From contig JAWMAR010000007.1 in assembly GCA_036785375.1 (NCBI GenBank), forward strand, positions 17,174,001-17,238,000: a stretch of DNA of 64,000 nucleotides. Direction: 5' to 3'. Of this stretch, positions 1 to 11,358 are shown in pieces (within the stretch, counting starts at the first letter, position 1; the number at the start of each line of letters is the position of its first letter). Under the pieces are notes generated by a model. The model ran no database searches and was not told the origin of the DNA. It was given only the letters and a program-made list of their open reading frames with translations. The translations under genes were made by a program, and so were the position numbers. Origin of the DNA: Leucoraja ocellata (taxonomy: Eukaryota).

Positions 1-50
1 GTCTGAAGAAGGGTCTTGACCCGAAACGGCACCCATTCCTTCTCTCCAGA
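1..50 (+). repeat. Penelope pLTR fragment with hammerhead motif
   Basis: gtCTGAAGAagggtcttgacccGAAAcggcaccc; the cleavage triplet is mutated. Confidence 0.7.
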
Positions 51-1221
51 TAATCTTTTCCCTAGCATCCCACAATGTCCTTGGATCAGGCCCCTGAGAT
101 TTGTCTACCTTAAAATGCCTTAAGAACGCCAGCATCTCCTCTGTTGTAATGTGGATATGTTTCAATATATCAGTCTTCATATCCCTTAACTTCTTGAAAT
201 TTGCTCATTACTGTGTATTAGTTTGATTTGTAAATAAATGTTTTATTTCATTGTTCTCTAAGAACTGATTGGAGATTAACATGTGCAATTATGGAAATGA
301 GTACAAGGATCCTAATTGTACTCTTCTGACAGAGATCACACAAACATGGGCCAGTATGTTCCAATCTGTATAAACTCGGCTGCCCTGTGAGGAGAGCAGA
401 AACTCTGGATTAAATTTTACATTTAAACCAATAAGAAGCAGAGTTATTATTAATTCCTCATTGTAAAATTATCTTGGGATTTCACACGATAGGTTGGCTT
501 CAGTATTATACAATGAGGATTAGTATTGAATCATTGAAAGAGAAAGCAGTTCTATATTACTTTTAAAAATGTTATGCTCCATATTTATCAAAAAGTGATC
601 GGCTGCTAAATCAAAATGTCTTCTTTAAACATAGACCCCTTATCTTCATCAAAACAGTGATGGTTAGATTCCCAAAAGTCAAAACATTTTTAGTGTTTAT
701 TATTTGGCAGTATTAAATTGTTTGACTTATGTTTTGTAAAGCTTTAGCAAACAACGTAAACTAACTAGGTTACAACACTAAATAGTGTAAATGTTGAGTG
801 GGAAGAAATCCCAAGTGGTATCTTAAGCATGGCCTTGGGCTGTTCCACATAAATTTTTACAGGGTAAATTTGCAGCTATTCCCATTCGTAATACAGACTT
901 AGAAGCTAAAACCACATGGAACAAGAGGATTGGGGCTCTGCTAGCTGAGCAATTTGCGTTTTTCCCCCACTCTCTTCAGAAATGGAAACACCATTATCAC
1001 TGTCTGGTAAATGAGTGCTCTTTAAAATATCCCATATATTTGTAGCAATAATTCTAGAACATGAAACAGTACAGCACAGGGACAGAGACCTTTCATCCCA
1101 CAACGTCTGTTGTAAACATGATATCAAATTACACTAATCTCCTGTGCCTACTTCTAACCCTAACCTCTGATGCTCCAGAAAAAAGAATCCAAGTTTGTCC
1201 AACCTTTCCTTGTAGCTGAAG

Positions 1222-1440
1222 ATAGACATAAGATGCTGGAGTAACAACACAACAGACAGTATCTCATGAGAGAAGGAATGGGTGACGTTTCGGGACGAGA
1301 TCCTTCTTCAGACCCGACGCATCTCAACCCGAAATGTCACCCATTCCTTCTCTCCTGAGATACTGACTGTCCCACTGCGTTACTCCAACTTTTTGTGTCT
1401 ATCTTTGGTGTAAACCAGCATCTGCAATTCATTTCTATAC
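1222..1440. mobile_element. Palindromic Penelope-derived mini-element with hammerhead motif
   Basis: Arms atagaca...gctggagtaac / gttactcca...tgtctat; minus-strand gggtCTGAAGAagg...ccGAAAcgtcaccc at 1280-1315. Confidence 0.75.
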
Positions 1441-1519
1441 ACTCTCCTTATAGCTTGTATCCTCTAATCCAGGCAGCATTCCGATAAACCTCTTCTGCAC
1501 CATCTCCATAGCCTCCAAA

Positions 1520-4500
1520 AAAAGCAGCAGTTGGTTGGTTAAGTCAGTCTATTTCAGTGTCAGAGCGGCAGCAGGAGATTTCAAACAGCAGCTGGTAGAG
1601 TGATCAAAAATTGACTAATTGAGCAACCAATAAAAAGAAGGCAAGATGTAATGGAGTGGCTCTGTTGTGAGAGAGGCTGTGTTGAGGGTAAGTGCCATGT
1701 TGAGTGAGGCTTTTGCTCAAGGGGCTTCACTAATGAGATTCAGCAGAAAAGGACAGGAGGTAAAGGTACCGTCTGCTGTTTCTTGTGTGCGTTTGTTGTG
1801 CCCTTTTTTCCTCTTAGATTTAGTGCAATAGTGATGGCAAGTAGAATGGTGCAATGTTCCTCCTGCAGGGTGTTGGTAGTCAAGGAAACTGTTGGGGTCC
1901 CTGAGTACTACACCTGTGGGAAGACTGGCGAGTGGTAAATGTTGTGCCTCTACTGAAGAAGGGCTGTGGGGAAAAGCCAGGTAACTACAGGCCAATGAGC
2001 CTATCATCTGTGGTCAGAATGTTACTATGCATTTGGAATATTGTGGACAGTTTTGGGCCCCACATCTGAGGAAGGATGTGCTGGCGTTGGAAAGGTTTCA
2101 GAGGAGGTTTACGAGAATGATCGCAGGAATGATTGGGCTAAAATATGATGAGCGTTTGAATGGCGGAGTAGACTTGATTCTGCTCCTAGAACATATGAAC
2201 ATGAATTTATAAGCTTAGAAATAAGAATGGTGCATGCAATCTAATAGGATTGTGCTTTAGGCGTCTCAATGGCAAGTGGGAGATAGACAAACTGATATGA
2301 ACTGATTAACAAAAGATGTCAAAACAAAAGGTTTGTCAGTGGTTTAACAAGGAACTGCAGATGCTGGAAAATCGAAGATAGATAAAAATGCTGGAGAAAC
2401 TCAGCGGGTGCGGCTCAGTGGGCAGTTTTAACTTTCCCAATATTGCCAAAGGCTTATTCAAGGCAGAATTTGTGAAGTGTATCCAGGAAGGTTTCTTGAA
2501 AAAATATGTGGATGGTCCAACCCAAGAAGGGAATATATTCGATCTTGGGAAATGAGCCTGGCTAGGTGACTGGTGTTTCAGTGGAAGATTATATTGGAGA
2601 TAATGATCACTAGTCTATTAGTGTCAGGATTGTTTTTGAATAGGGGGACGACTGGACCTTGCAGGATGGTGCTACATTGGAGTACGGTAAACTACAATGT
2701 TATTCGGCAGGAACTTGAGAGCGTACATGGGAGCAATTGTTATTGGGTAAGTCCACATCTGACATGTGGGAATTTTTTAAAGGCCAGTTGATCAATGACC
2801 AGAACCGACATGTTCCAGCAAGGAGGAAAGATAAGAATATGAAATTAGATAACGTCAGAAAGTAAAGAGATTCTAACTTTTGTCAAAAAGTAAAAGAAAG
2901 CGCTTGCAAGATTTGAGAGGTTGGATTCGAACAGGGCCTTTGAGAAATATAAAGAAAGGAGGAAAGAACTCGTGGCCAAAAGGGGCCACAAAATGAGCTT
3001 GTCGAGTTGAATTAAATACAATTCCAAAGCTTTTTATACGTGTTAAAAGCCTGAGGATAACTAGGGAGAAGGTTGGACCACTCAAGGATAAAGGAGGGAA
3101 TTTGTGCTTGGAGTCTCGGGGTGTAGGCGAGGTACTACACAAGTCCTTTGCAGGAGAAGAACATGGAGGACATTGAGATCATCATGGAGAATACAATGTG
3201 GAGAATGCAAGAGCAGTTTGACATTAAGAAGAAGGAAGTGTTGGGGCTCTTGAATAAATCTGCAAAACCTGATGTGATTTAACCCAGGTTATTGAGAGAG
3301 GCAGGAGAGAAGATTATGGGAGCCTTGACGAGGATCTTTATGTCTTCTCTAGCCACAGGTGAGATCCTGGGGGGGGGGGGGGGGTCCACCCTGTTTCGAC
3401 GAATGCAATCAACCTGGTGTGCACAATCAAATAAGATCACATAGAACAAGTTGTCCTACAACTTTAGGCTGTGCACGTCATACGCAAGAAAAAGAAGGTC
3501 CTGGGGAATTGGAGACTAGCTAATAGAGTCATAGAGTGATACAGTGTGGAAACAGGCCCTTCATCCCATCTTGCCCATACCAGCCAACATGTCCCAGCTA
3601 CACTATTCCCACCTGCCACCAATTGGTCCTCATCCCTCCAAACCTGTCCTATTCATGTATCTGTCTAACTGTTTCTTAAATGTTGGGATATTTCCTGCCT
3701 CAGCTACCTCCTCCGGCTGCTTGTTCCCTTTTTCACCTTTGTGTGAAAAAGTTACCCCCTCGGATTCCTATTAAATCTTTTTCCCTTCACCTTAAACCTA
3801 TGTCCCCTGGTCCTCGATTCACCTTTTCTGAGCAAGCAACTCTGTGCATCTGCCCGATCTTTTCATCATGATCTTATACACCTCTATAAGATCACTCCTC
3901 ATCCTCCTGTTGTTTCCTTATTTAAGTACGCGTAGGGAGAATCCAGGGAATTATAGCCTCTTGTCAGTGGTAAGGAAACTACTGAAGACAATTATTTGGG
4001 ATAGAATTTGCTCCCATTTGGAAGAGAATGAGTTAATTAAGCATGGTTAGCATGGCTTTGTACACAACTGGTCGTGTCTGACTAACTTGATTGAGTTTTT
4101 TGATGAGGTGACAAAGGTGATCGATGAGTGGTGGATGTAGTCTGCATGGAATTTAGTAAGGCATTTGATAAAGTCCCCCATGGTAGGCTGATCTGGAAGA
4201 TTAATAGTAACTGTTAACAACATTGATGTACAGAGGGATTTGGGGGACCAAGTCTACAGCTTCCTAAAGTGGCTCTGAAAGTGGCCACACCATCAGATAG
4301 AGCAGTAAGGGAGGTGTATGGTATGCTTGATAACATAGGTTAGGGTATTGAGTGCAAGTCAGGAAGTCATGGTGTTGCTTTACAGGACTTTGATTAGGCC
4401 TCATTTGGAATATTTTGGGCAGATCTGGTCACACCATTACAAGAAGGATGTGAAGACTTTGGAAAGGCTGCTACGGAGGTTCCCAAAATGATGCCTAGAT

Positions 4501-5350
4501 TTGGGGATATTAGCAACGGGGAAAGATTGGACAGACTTGGATTGTTTTATCTGGAATGCCGTAGGTTGCAGGTAGACCTGATAGAAATATACAACATTAT
4601 GAGAGGCATAGATAGGATAGACAGCCAGAATCTTTTTTTCTAAGATGGAAAAATCAAATACAGGAGTATATAGCTTTACGGTGAGATGGGCAAAATTTAG
4701 AGGAGGTGTGTGGGAGAAGTTTTTTTACATAGAAGGTGGTAAATGTCTGGAATGTGCTGCTGGGGGTATTGGTTGAATCAGATATGTTAGTGGCATTTAA
4801 AGGATTTTTGGACAGACATGTAGATATATAGGGAATGGAGGGATATGGGTTATGTGCAGTCAATGTGATAAGACCTTCACAGTGAATGGCAGGACCCTGA
4901 GAAGTGTTGTGGAGAGTGGAATCTAGCAGCGCATGTACATAGTTTCTTGAAAGTTCCATCACAGGTAGATAGAGTAGTCAAGAAGGCTTTCGGTACATTG
5001 GTCTTGTACCGAAAGCCTGTGTATTCAGACAGTGCATTGAGTATAGAAGTTAGGATGTTATGTTACAGTCGGTTTTGGTCACCTTGCTATTTGAAGGATA
5101 TGTTGTAAGAGTGCACCTTATCCTTCAAATTAATAGACCTAATAAGAGTGCAGGAGTATGAAAGGTGATCTTATCGAGGTGTATACAGTCATGAGAGGAA
5201 TAGATAGGGTAAATGCAGTTTTTTACCCAGATGAGGGGAATCAAGAACCAAGGGACATGGGTTTATCGTGAGAGGGGAAAGATTTAATGGGGCATCTTGG
5301 TCACAATGAACAAGTTGGGCTGAATGGTCTGTTTCAGTGCTGTATGATTA
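1520..5350 (+). mobile_element. Degenerate CR1 (HER1-like) mosaic with nested insertions
   Basis: ORF1-like Cys motifs near 1835-1925, EN/RT remnants, QHGF, LEYC.QFW.P; nested minus-strand CR1 3' end at 3524-3908. Confidence 0.8.
3369..3497 (+). mobile_element. Second, 5'-truncated copy of the ribozyme-headed retroposon, inserted in CR1 RT
   Basis: Homologous to the reverse complement of 38922-39026; tail caagaaaaagaag; TSD agatcctgggg (3362-3372) / aggtcctgggg (3496-3506); 5' part replaced by a G run. Confidence 0.8.
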
Positions 5351-6915
5351 TGTCCCTCATAATGCTGTACACTTCAATTAGTTCCCTTCTCGGCCTCCTC
5401 CACACATAGGAAAATAAACCCAGTCTATCTCATCTCCCCTCATAACTCCATCAGTGAAAATATGCTGGTGAATTCCTCTATACCTTCTCCAGTGAACTCA
5501 TATGTGTCTGATCAATTTTGCACAAGGTAGTCCAGCTGTAACATCATTAATGTTTTAAATAGTTTTACCATTTTGAACACATCCTCTTAAGTCTTATGTT
5601 CTGTAACACAACTAAAGAAGGCAAGTATTTTGTATGGCTTCTTAACCACCTTATCAAGCTATTCTGCTGTATTTAGGGATCTTTGGATATCTATGCCAAT
5701 TCTTAAATACTTCCTAAGTTTCTATCATTTGTTGTTGCTAGTGTGGCTTTATAAGATCTCCCAAACTGTATCGCCTTACATTTTTCAGAATTAAAATTAA
5801 TCTGCTATTTCTCTGGCTGTCTTATCAAATCATCAGTATAGTTCTGCAACTGAGGATTACCCTTCTCAATATTCATAACACTAACAATCTCTCTGTCATC
5901 TGTTGGTCATTCAATAGACAATAGGTTCGGCTCTTCAAGTCAGCACCGACATTCAGTGTGATCATGGCTGATCATCCATAGTCAGTACCCCGTTCCCGTC
6001 TTCTCCCCATATCCCTTGACTCCGCTATCTTTAAGAGCTCAGTCTAACTCTCTTGAAAGCATCCAGAGAAACAGCCTCCATCACTCGCTGAGGTGGAGAA
6101 TTCCACAGACTCACAACTCTCTGTGTGAAAAAATATTTCCTCATCTCCGTTCTAAATGGCTTACCCCCTTATTCTTAAACTGTGGCCCCTGGTTCTGAAC
6201 TCCCCCAAAATTGGGAACATGTTTCCTGCCTCTAGCGTGTCCAAACCCTTAATAATCTTATATAAGATTTCAATAAGATCCCCTCTCATCCTTCTAAATT
6301 CCAGAGTATACAAGCCCAGCCGCTCCATTCTATCAACATATGACAGTCCCGCCGGCCCGGGAACTAAGTCTTGTGAATCTACGCTGCACTCCCTCAATAA
6401 CAAGAATAGCATTCCTCCAGTGTTTACACGCAGGTCGTTAGTATATACAACAAGCACAAATTCCCATGGTATACCACTGGCCAAAAACCTCTGGTTGCTA
6501 AAAACAACCTTTGACTATCATCCGTTGTTTCCCATTTTTAATCCAAATTGCCTTGGATTTTGTAGACTCTTATTGTTTAGACCAGCCTCCCATGTGGAAC
6601 TATATTGAAGGCCTTACACAAGTCACATAAAGACCATAGTAGCAATCGCACTGCCCTCGGTAACACATGTATTCAGCTATTCGAAAAATTCAATCAAGTT
6701 AGTCAGACAAGACCTCCCCATAACAAGGAATGCTATCTCTAATATAATCACTCCCTCTCCAAGTACAGATTAATCCTGTCCTGCAGAATTTTTAATTTCC
6801 CTCCAATTGATGTTAGATTCACATTTGTGTAAATACCTGGGATATCCCAACTTCCCTTCATAAATGAAGGTAGCACATTTTCTTTCCTCCATTCATCCAG
6901 CTCTCCTCTGTAGCC
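5350..6915 (-). mobile_element. CR1 fragments (younger 3' end at 5912-6415 inside an older copy)
   Basis: ERLGLYTLEFRRMRGDLIE..RTRGHSLRIRG. Confidence 0.8.
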
Positions 6916-6985
6916 AATGACGTATTAAAGTTCTGGAAAATGGTAAATTTTGACAGTTTTATTCTTCATCCAAGAAATGTTTCCC

Positions 6986-7490
6986 TAAAACTGTAGTTAT
7001 AAAAATAACTACGATAAATATCATCCCCATATCCCAAAGCACACTTTCATAACTCATCTGAAAATTCTATCATATCATCCAATTGTACTTTACATTTACC
7101 TCGGTGCTTCCTCAGCCATAGAACTGTGAGTAAGGTAAGATCATTTTAAAGTCCCTTAAAATGTGTAAGCTCTTTCACTTGAAGAGAGTCTAGCTATTTA
7201 AAACTTTATTGTGCTATGGGAATATTATAATTAAAGAAATGGTTCTATGGTTTGCAAATTTTGTTTCTGTTTCTATTGTTATTGCAATTTGAGACAAAGT
7301 GTCACTTTTTTTTTCATCTACGCGTGAAATAAATATGCATCTCAAAAGTTGTGAAGGTTCTTGTGACTTTTGTGTGAATGGTTGAGGAAGCACCGGGGTA
7401 AGATTAGAAGAGAATTTTCAGATGAGTTATGGGCTCTTTGCGCTGCAGATATGATATCTAATGTGTGGTGTATTTATAATTGCAGTTTTA
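6986..7490. repeat. Long interrupted inverted repeat (hairpin element)
   Basis: Arms 6986-7003/7473-7490, 7048-7068/7411-7431 (21/21) and 7096-7118/7379-7401. Confidence 0.8.
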
Positions 7491-7735
7491 AAGATAAGTA
7501 ATCTTAGCCATCTAGCCATGGGCACCCGGCCGATATGGTCTTTCTTTATAACTGAAACGTTCCATTGTTGGCATAAGTTCCTCTGCACCCTCTCAGGGCA
7601 TTCACATCCTTCCTATAGTATGCCAAACAGAATTGTGTAGTACTCCCACTGAGGCCTGATCAAAGCTTTATGAAGGTCCACAAAAAAGCTGGAGAAACTC
7701 AGCGGGTGCAGCAGCATCTATGGAGCGAAGGAAAT

Positions 7736-7770
7736 AGGCAACGTTTCGGGCCGAAACCCTTCTTCAGACT
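7736..7770 (-). ncRNA. Minimal type I hammerhead ribozyme motif in the Penelope 3' repeat
   Basis: CUGAAGA-A-GGGU(UUCG)GCCC-GAAACGUU: hammerhead core with palindromic ACGU stem III, as described for Penelope-like elements. Confidence 0.75.
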
Positions 7771-7883
7771 GATCGGGGGTGGGGGGGGGGCGGGGACAAG
7801 AAAAGAAAAAGGAGGAGGAGCCCAAGGCTGGGGGATGGGAGGAGACAGCAGGGGGGCTGAGGAAGGGGAGGAGATAGCAAGGA

Positions 7884-10307
7884 CTAACAAAATTGGGAGA
7901 ATTCGATGTTCATGCCCCCAGGATGCAGACTCCCCAAGCGGAATATGAGGTGCTGTTCCTCCAATTTCCGGTGCTGCTCGCTGTGGCCATGGAGGAGACC
8001 CAGGACAGAGAGGTCGGAGACGGAGTGGGAGGGGGAGTTGAAGTGCTGAGCCACCGGGAGGTCAGCTTGGTTAGTGTGGACCGAGCGGAGGTGTTCGGCG
8101 AAACGATCGCCCAACCTCCGCTTGGTCTCACCGATATAGATCAGCTGACATCTAGAGCTGCGGATGCAATAGATGAGGTTGGAGGAGATGCAGGTAAACC
8201 TCTGTCGCACCTGGAACGACTGCTTGGGTCCTTGAACGGAGTCGAGGGGGGAGGTAAAGGGACAAGTGTTGCATCTCTTGCGGTTGCAAGGGAAAGTGCC
8301 CGGGGAGGGGGTGGTACGAGAGGGAAGGGAAGAATTGACAAGGGAGTTATGGAGGGAGCAGTCTTTGCAGAAGGCAGATATGGGGGGAGATGGGAAGATG
8401 TGGCGAATGGTGGGGTCACGTTGCAGGTGGCGAAACTGATGGAGGATTACTTTTTGTATGTGACGGCTGATGGGGTGAAAGGTGAGGACTAGGAGGACTC
8501 TGCCCTTGTTGCGAGTGGGGGGATGAGGAGAGAGAGCAGTGTTGCCGGGTATGGAAGAGACCCTGGTGCGAGCCTCATTTATGGTGGAGGAGGGGAAGCC
8601 CCGTTCCCTGAATAATGAGGACATTTCAGATGTTCTGGTGTGGAACGCCTCATCCGTGGAGCAGATGCGGCGTAGACGGAGGAATTGGGAGTAGGGGATG
8701 GAGTCCTTACAGGAAGCAGGGTGGGAAGAAGTGTAGTCCAGATAGCCATGGGAGTCAGTGGGTTTATAGTGGATGTCGGTCAGAAGTCTATCACCTGCAA
8801 TGGAGATAGTGAGGTGAAGGAACGGTATGGAAGTGTCGGAAATGGTCCAGGTGTATTTGAGTGTCGGATGGAAGTTAGTGGTGAAGTGGATGAAGTCAGT
8901 CAGTTGTGTGCGGGTGCAGGAGGTGGCACCAAAGCAGTCGTCGATGTAGCGGAGGTAGAGGTCGGGGATGGGGCCCTGGTATGTATTGAACAAGGATTGC
9001 TCGACGTAACCGACAAATAGGCAGGCATAGCTGGGGCCCATGCGTGTGCCCATAGCTAAGCCTTGTATTTGGAAGAAATGGGAGGAGTCGAACGTGAAGT
9101 TATTGAGGGTAAGGACCAGCTCCGCTAGGCGGAGGAGAGTGTCAGTGGCTGGGTATAGGTTACTTCTCTGGTCAAGGAAGAACCGGAGGGCTTTGAGACC
9201 ATCGTGGTGAGGGATGGAGGTGAAGAGTGACTGGACGTCCATGGTAAAGATGAGGGGGTGAGGGCCTAGAGAATGAAATGCGCGGAGACGACGGAGAGTG
9301 TCTGAGGTGTCTTGAACATAGGGAGGGAGGGATTTAACCAAGGGGGATAGGATGGAGTCAAGGTACTTGGAAATGAGTTCGGTGGGGCACGAACAGGCAG
9401 AGACAATGGGTCTTCCGGGATAGTCAGGTTTGTGGATTTTAGGGAGAAGGTAAAATCGGGCCGTGCGCGGCTGGGGAACGATGAGGTTGGAGGCTCGGTC
9501 GGGTAGGGCATTAGAGTTGATGAAGTCGGTGATGGTGCTGGAGATGGTGGCCTGGTGCTCGTCAGTGGGGTCATGGTCCAGGGGTAAGTAGGAGGAGGTG
9601 TCCGAGAGTTGGCACGTGGCCTCAGCTTTGTAGAGATCGGCGCGCCAGACTACCACGGCACCTCCCTTGTCGGCGGGTTTGATAACCCAATCTGGGTTGT
9701 TGCAGAGTGAGTCGATTGCAGAACGTTCATGGGGGGAGAGATTGGAGTGAGACAGTGGAGTGGAGAAGTTGAGGCGGTTGCTGTCACGACGGCAGTTATT
9801 GATGAAGTGTTCTAAAGCCGGAAATTGGCCACGAGGGGGGTTCCACGAGGAGGGGGTGCGTTGGAGACGGGAAAAGGGGTCATCAGTGGGGGGCGAGGAC
9901 TCCTTCCCATGGAAGTACGCTGTGAGGCAGAGGCGACGGTAGAAGAGCTCCAAATCGTGGTGGGCGCGGAATTCATTGAGGTGGGGACGGAGGGGGACAA
10001 AGGTAAGACCTCTGTTGAGGACAGACCGTTCGGTGTTGGAGTGGGGGAGGTCGGGGGGGATGGTGAACACCCGGCAGGGATGGGGGTTGGGGCCGGAGGA
10101 AGGCAGGTGGGTGGACTGGGGACGAGGCGATGTGTGGTGGGGGGGTGGTGGGTGGTCAGGGGGTGGGGGGTGAGAGGTGAGAGGGCTGTGATGTGGGTGG
10201 GGAAGAGCAGGGGTCACATAGTTAGAGGGGGTTGGGGAAGACTCAGTGGAACTGCCACTGAGGTAGACCAGGCTGGGTCGACTGGCACTAGTACCCAGTG
10301 GAGTCAA
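7884..10307 (-). CDS. Penelope-like RT / GIY-YIG endonuclease polyprotein (807 aa open)
   Basis: PADKGG, LPKIHK..PGRPIVS, GLAMGT, YLRYIDD RT motifs; CNRKRCNTC linker; NLIYCI...YIGETKR GIY-YIG; ends GMNIEF. The TTG start is probably not the real start. Confidence 0.92.
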   Translation of the reverse strand: MTPLGTSASRPSLVYLSGSSTESSPTPSNYVTPALPHPHHSPLTSHPPPPDHPPPPHHTSPRPQSTHLPSSGPNPHPCRVFTIPPDLPHSNTERSVLNRGLTFVPLRPHLNEFRAHHDLELFYRRLCLTAYFHGKESSPPTDDPFSRLQRTPSSWNPPRGQFPALEHFINNCRRDSNRLNFSTPLSHSNLSPHERSAIDSLCNNPDWVIKPADKGGAVVVWRADLYKAEATCQLSDTSSYLPLDHDPTDEHQATISSTITDFINSNALPDRASNLIVPQPRTARFYLLPKIHKPDYPGRPIVSACSCPTELISKYLDSILSPLVKSLPPYVQDTSDTLRRLRAFHSLGPHPLIFTMDVQSLFTSIPHHDGLKALRFFLDQRSNLYPATDTLLRLAELVLTLNNFTFDSSHFFQIQGLAMGTRMGPSYACLFVGYVEQSLFNTYQGPIPDLYLRYIDDCFGATSCTRTQLTDFIHFTTNFHPTLKYTWTISDTSIPFLHLTISIAGDRLLTDIHYKPTDSHGYLDYTSSHPASCKDSIPYSQFLRLRRICSTDEAFHTRTSEMSSLFRERGFPSSTINEARTRVSSIPGNTALSPHPPTRNKGRVLLVLTFHPISRHIQKVILHQFRHLQRDPTIRHIFPSPPISAFCKDCSLHNSLVNSSLPSRTTPSPGTFPCNRKRCNTCPFTSPLDSVQGPKQSFQVRQRFTCISSNLIYCIRSSRCQLIYIGETKRRLGDRFAEHLRSVHTNQADLPVAQHFNSPSHSVSDLSVLGLLHGHSEQHRKLEEQHLIFRLGSLHPGGMNIEFSQFC

Positions 10308-11040
10308 ACCCAGGAGAGTTGGGAGTAAGCAGCGTGAAGGCTTCGGGCCCAGTGCAGAGTCCAGGCTCCAGGTAAGGCGACGGCTGTGGGTTGTTGGAGG
10401 GAGGTGGAGTGGCGAGGGTCAGCGGACCCGATGTTCGGAGTCGATGGGCGGTTGAGTCAGGGTCCGCGGGCGATGTGTGGGAGGTCCCGGTGGGCGGATG
10501 GTCGGCGGGGCGGCGCGGTTCGGCCAGCCCGGGAAGGCGACAAGATGGGTTGGGTGCGGCGCGGCAGCCATGCTGGGGGAGCCTCGGTCCGGCGGCGATA
10601 TTGGGCGGGCCCAGTGCGACGGCGAAGTTCAGTGGGCCCGGTCCGGTGGCGATGCTGGGCGGGCCCAGTGGAACGGCGACATTGGGTGGGCCATGTGCGG
10701 CTGTGATGTTCTGCCGGCCCAGTGCGATGGTGTTGTCGGGTGGGCCCGGGCCGGCGATGAGGCTGGGCGGTCCCGGGGGGCGTCGAGGGTTGGAGGAATC
10801 GGCGAGGGGGAGAAAGTCCGAGTTACCGAAGCTGCGAGGCTGAGCGTCATCGGTAGGCAGGTGAGGGTCGGCGGCGGCATCGATGTGGAGGTCGGTGAAG
10901 GCAGCGTCCTGGTGAGTATTGAAGTCACTCCTCCTGGCCAAGATGACGTCGCAGGACTCGGGCAGGCGATGCAGGTCAGAGTTGGGGCCCGGAGTCTGCG
11001 GGTGTCGCGGGGTGTTTATGAAGGTCCCTCTGTGTGTCTT
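10288..11040 (-). CDS. Pro/Gly-rich upstream frame of the Penelope element (likely N-terminal extension, frameshifted)
   Basis: Open frame overlapping the RT ORF by 20 nt; GC-rich; contains ~10-aa GPPNIA.A.G repeats. Confidence 0.45.
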   Translation of the reverse strand, partial: KTHRGTFINTPRHPQTPGPNSDLHRLPESCDVILARRSDFNTHQDAAFTDLHIDAAADPHLPTDDAQPRSFGNSDFLPLADSSNPRRPPGPPSLIAGPGPPDNTIALGRQNITAAHGPPNVAVPLGPPSIATGPGPLNFAVALGPPNIAAGPRLPQHGCRAAPNPSCRLPGLAEPRRPADHPPTGTSHTSPADPDSTAHRLRTSGPLTLATPPPSNNPQPSPYLEPGLCTGPEAFTLLTPNSPGFDSTGY

Positions 11041-11358
11041 AATAGCATCCACATTACAAACTGACCTTATGGGCAATTAGGATTGGGCAAAGTCAGCATG
11101 GATTTTATCGAAGTTGAAGTTATGTTTGATAAATCTGTTTGAGAATTTTGAGCATGTAACTTGGAGCATTCAGTCGGTTAGGGGAATCAGTGGATGTGTT
11201 ATATTTGGGCTTATAAACAGTACATCTTCTATAAGGTGCAATGCAAGTTATTATTAAACAAATTAGAGATCACCACAGCCCCTGGTCAAGGCCCCTAATA
11301 CTCTGTGGAGGCCTCCCCACTCTCGTCCCGCCTGGGCCCAGTCTCACCCCCCGGCACT

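Larger units (their letters stand above)
7679..11040 (-). mobile_element. Penelope-like retroelement (Neptune-type), near intact, probably 5'-truncated
   Basis: RT + GIY-YIG ORF; 3' region carries a hammerhead motif and the tail shared with many short copies in the window. Left and right limits approximate. Confidence 0.9.

Noticed and set aside
7893-11064. Several long + strand ORFs (199, 167, 195 aa and others)
   Set aside because: Antisense shadows of the GC-rich Penelope ORF.
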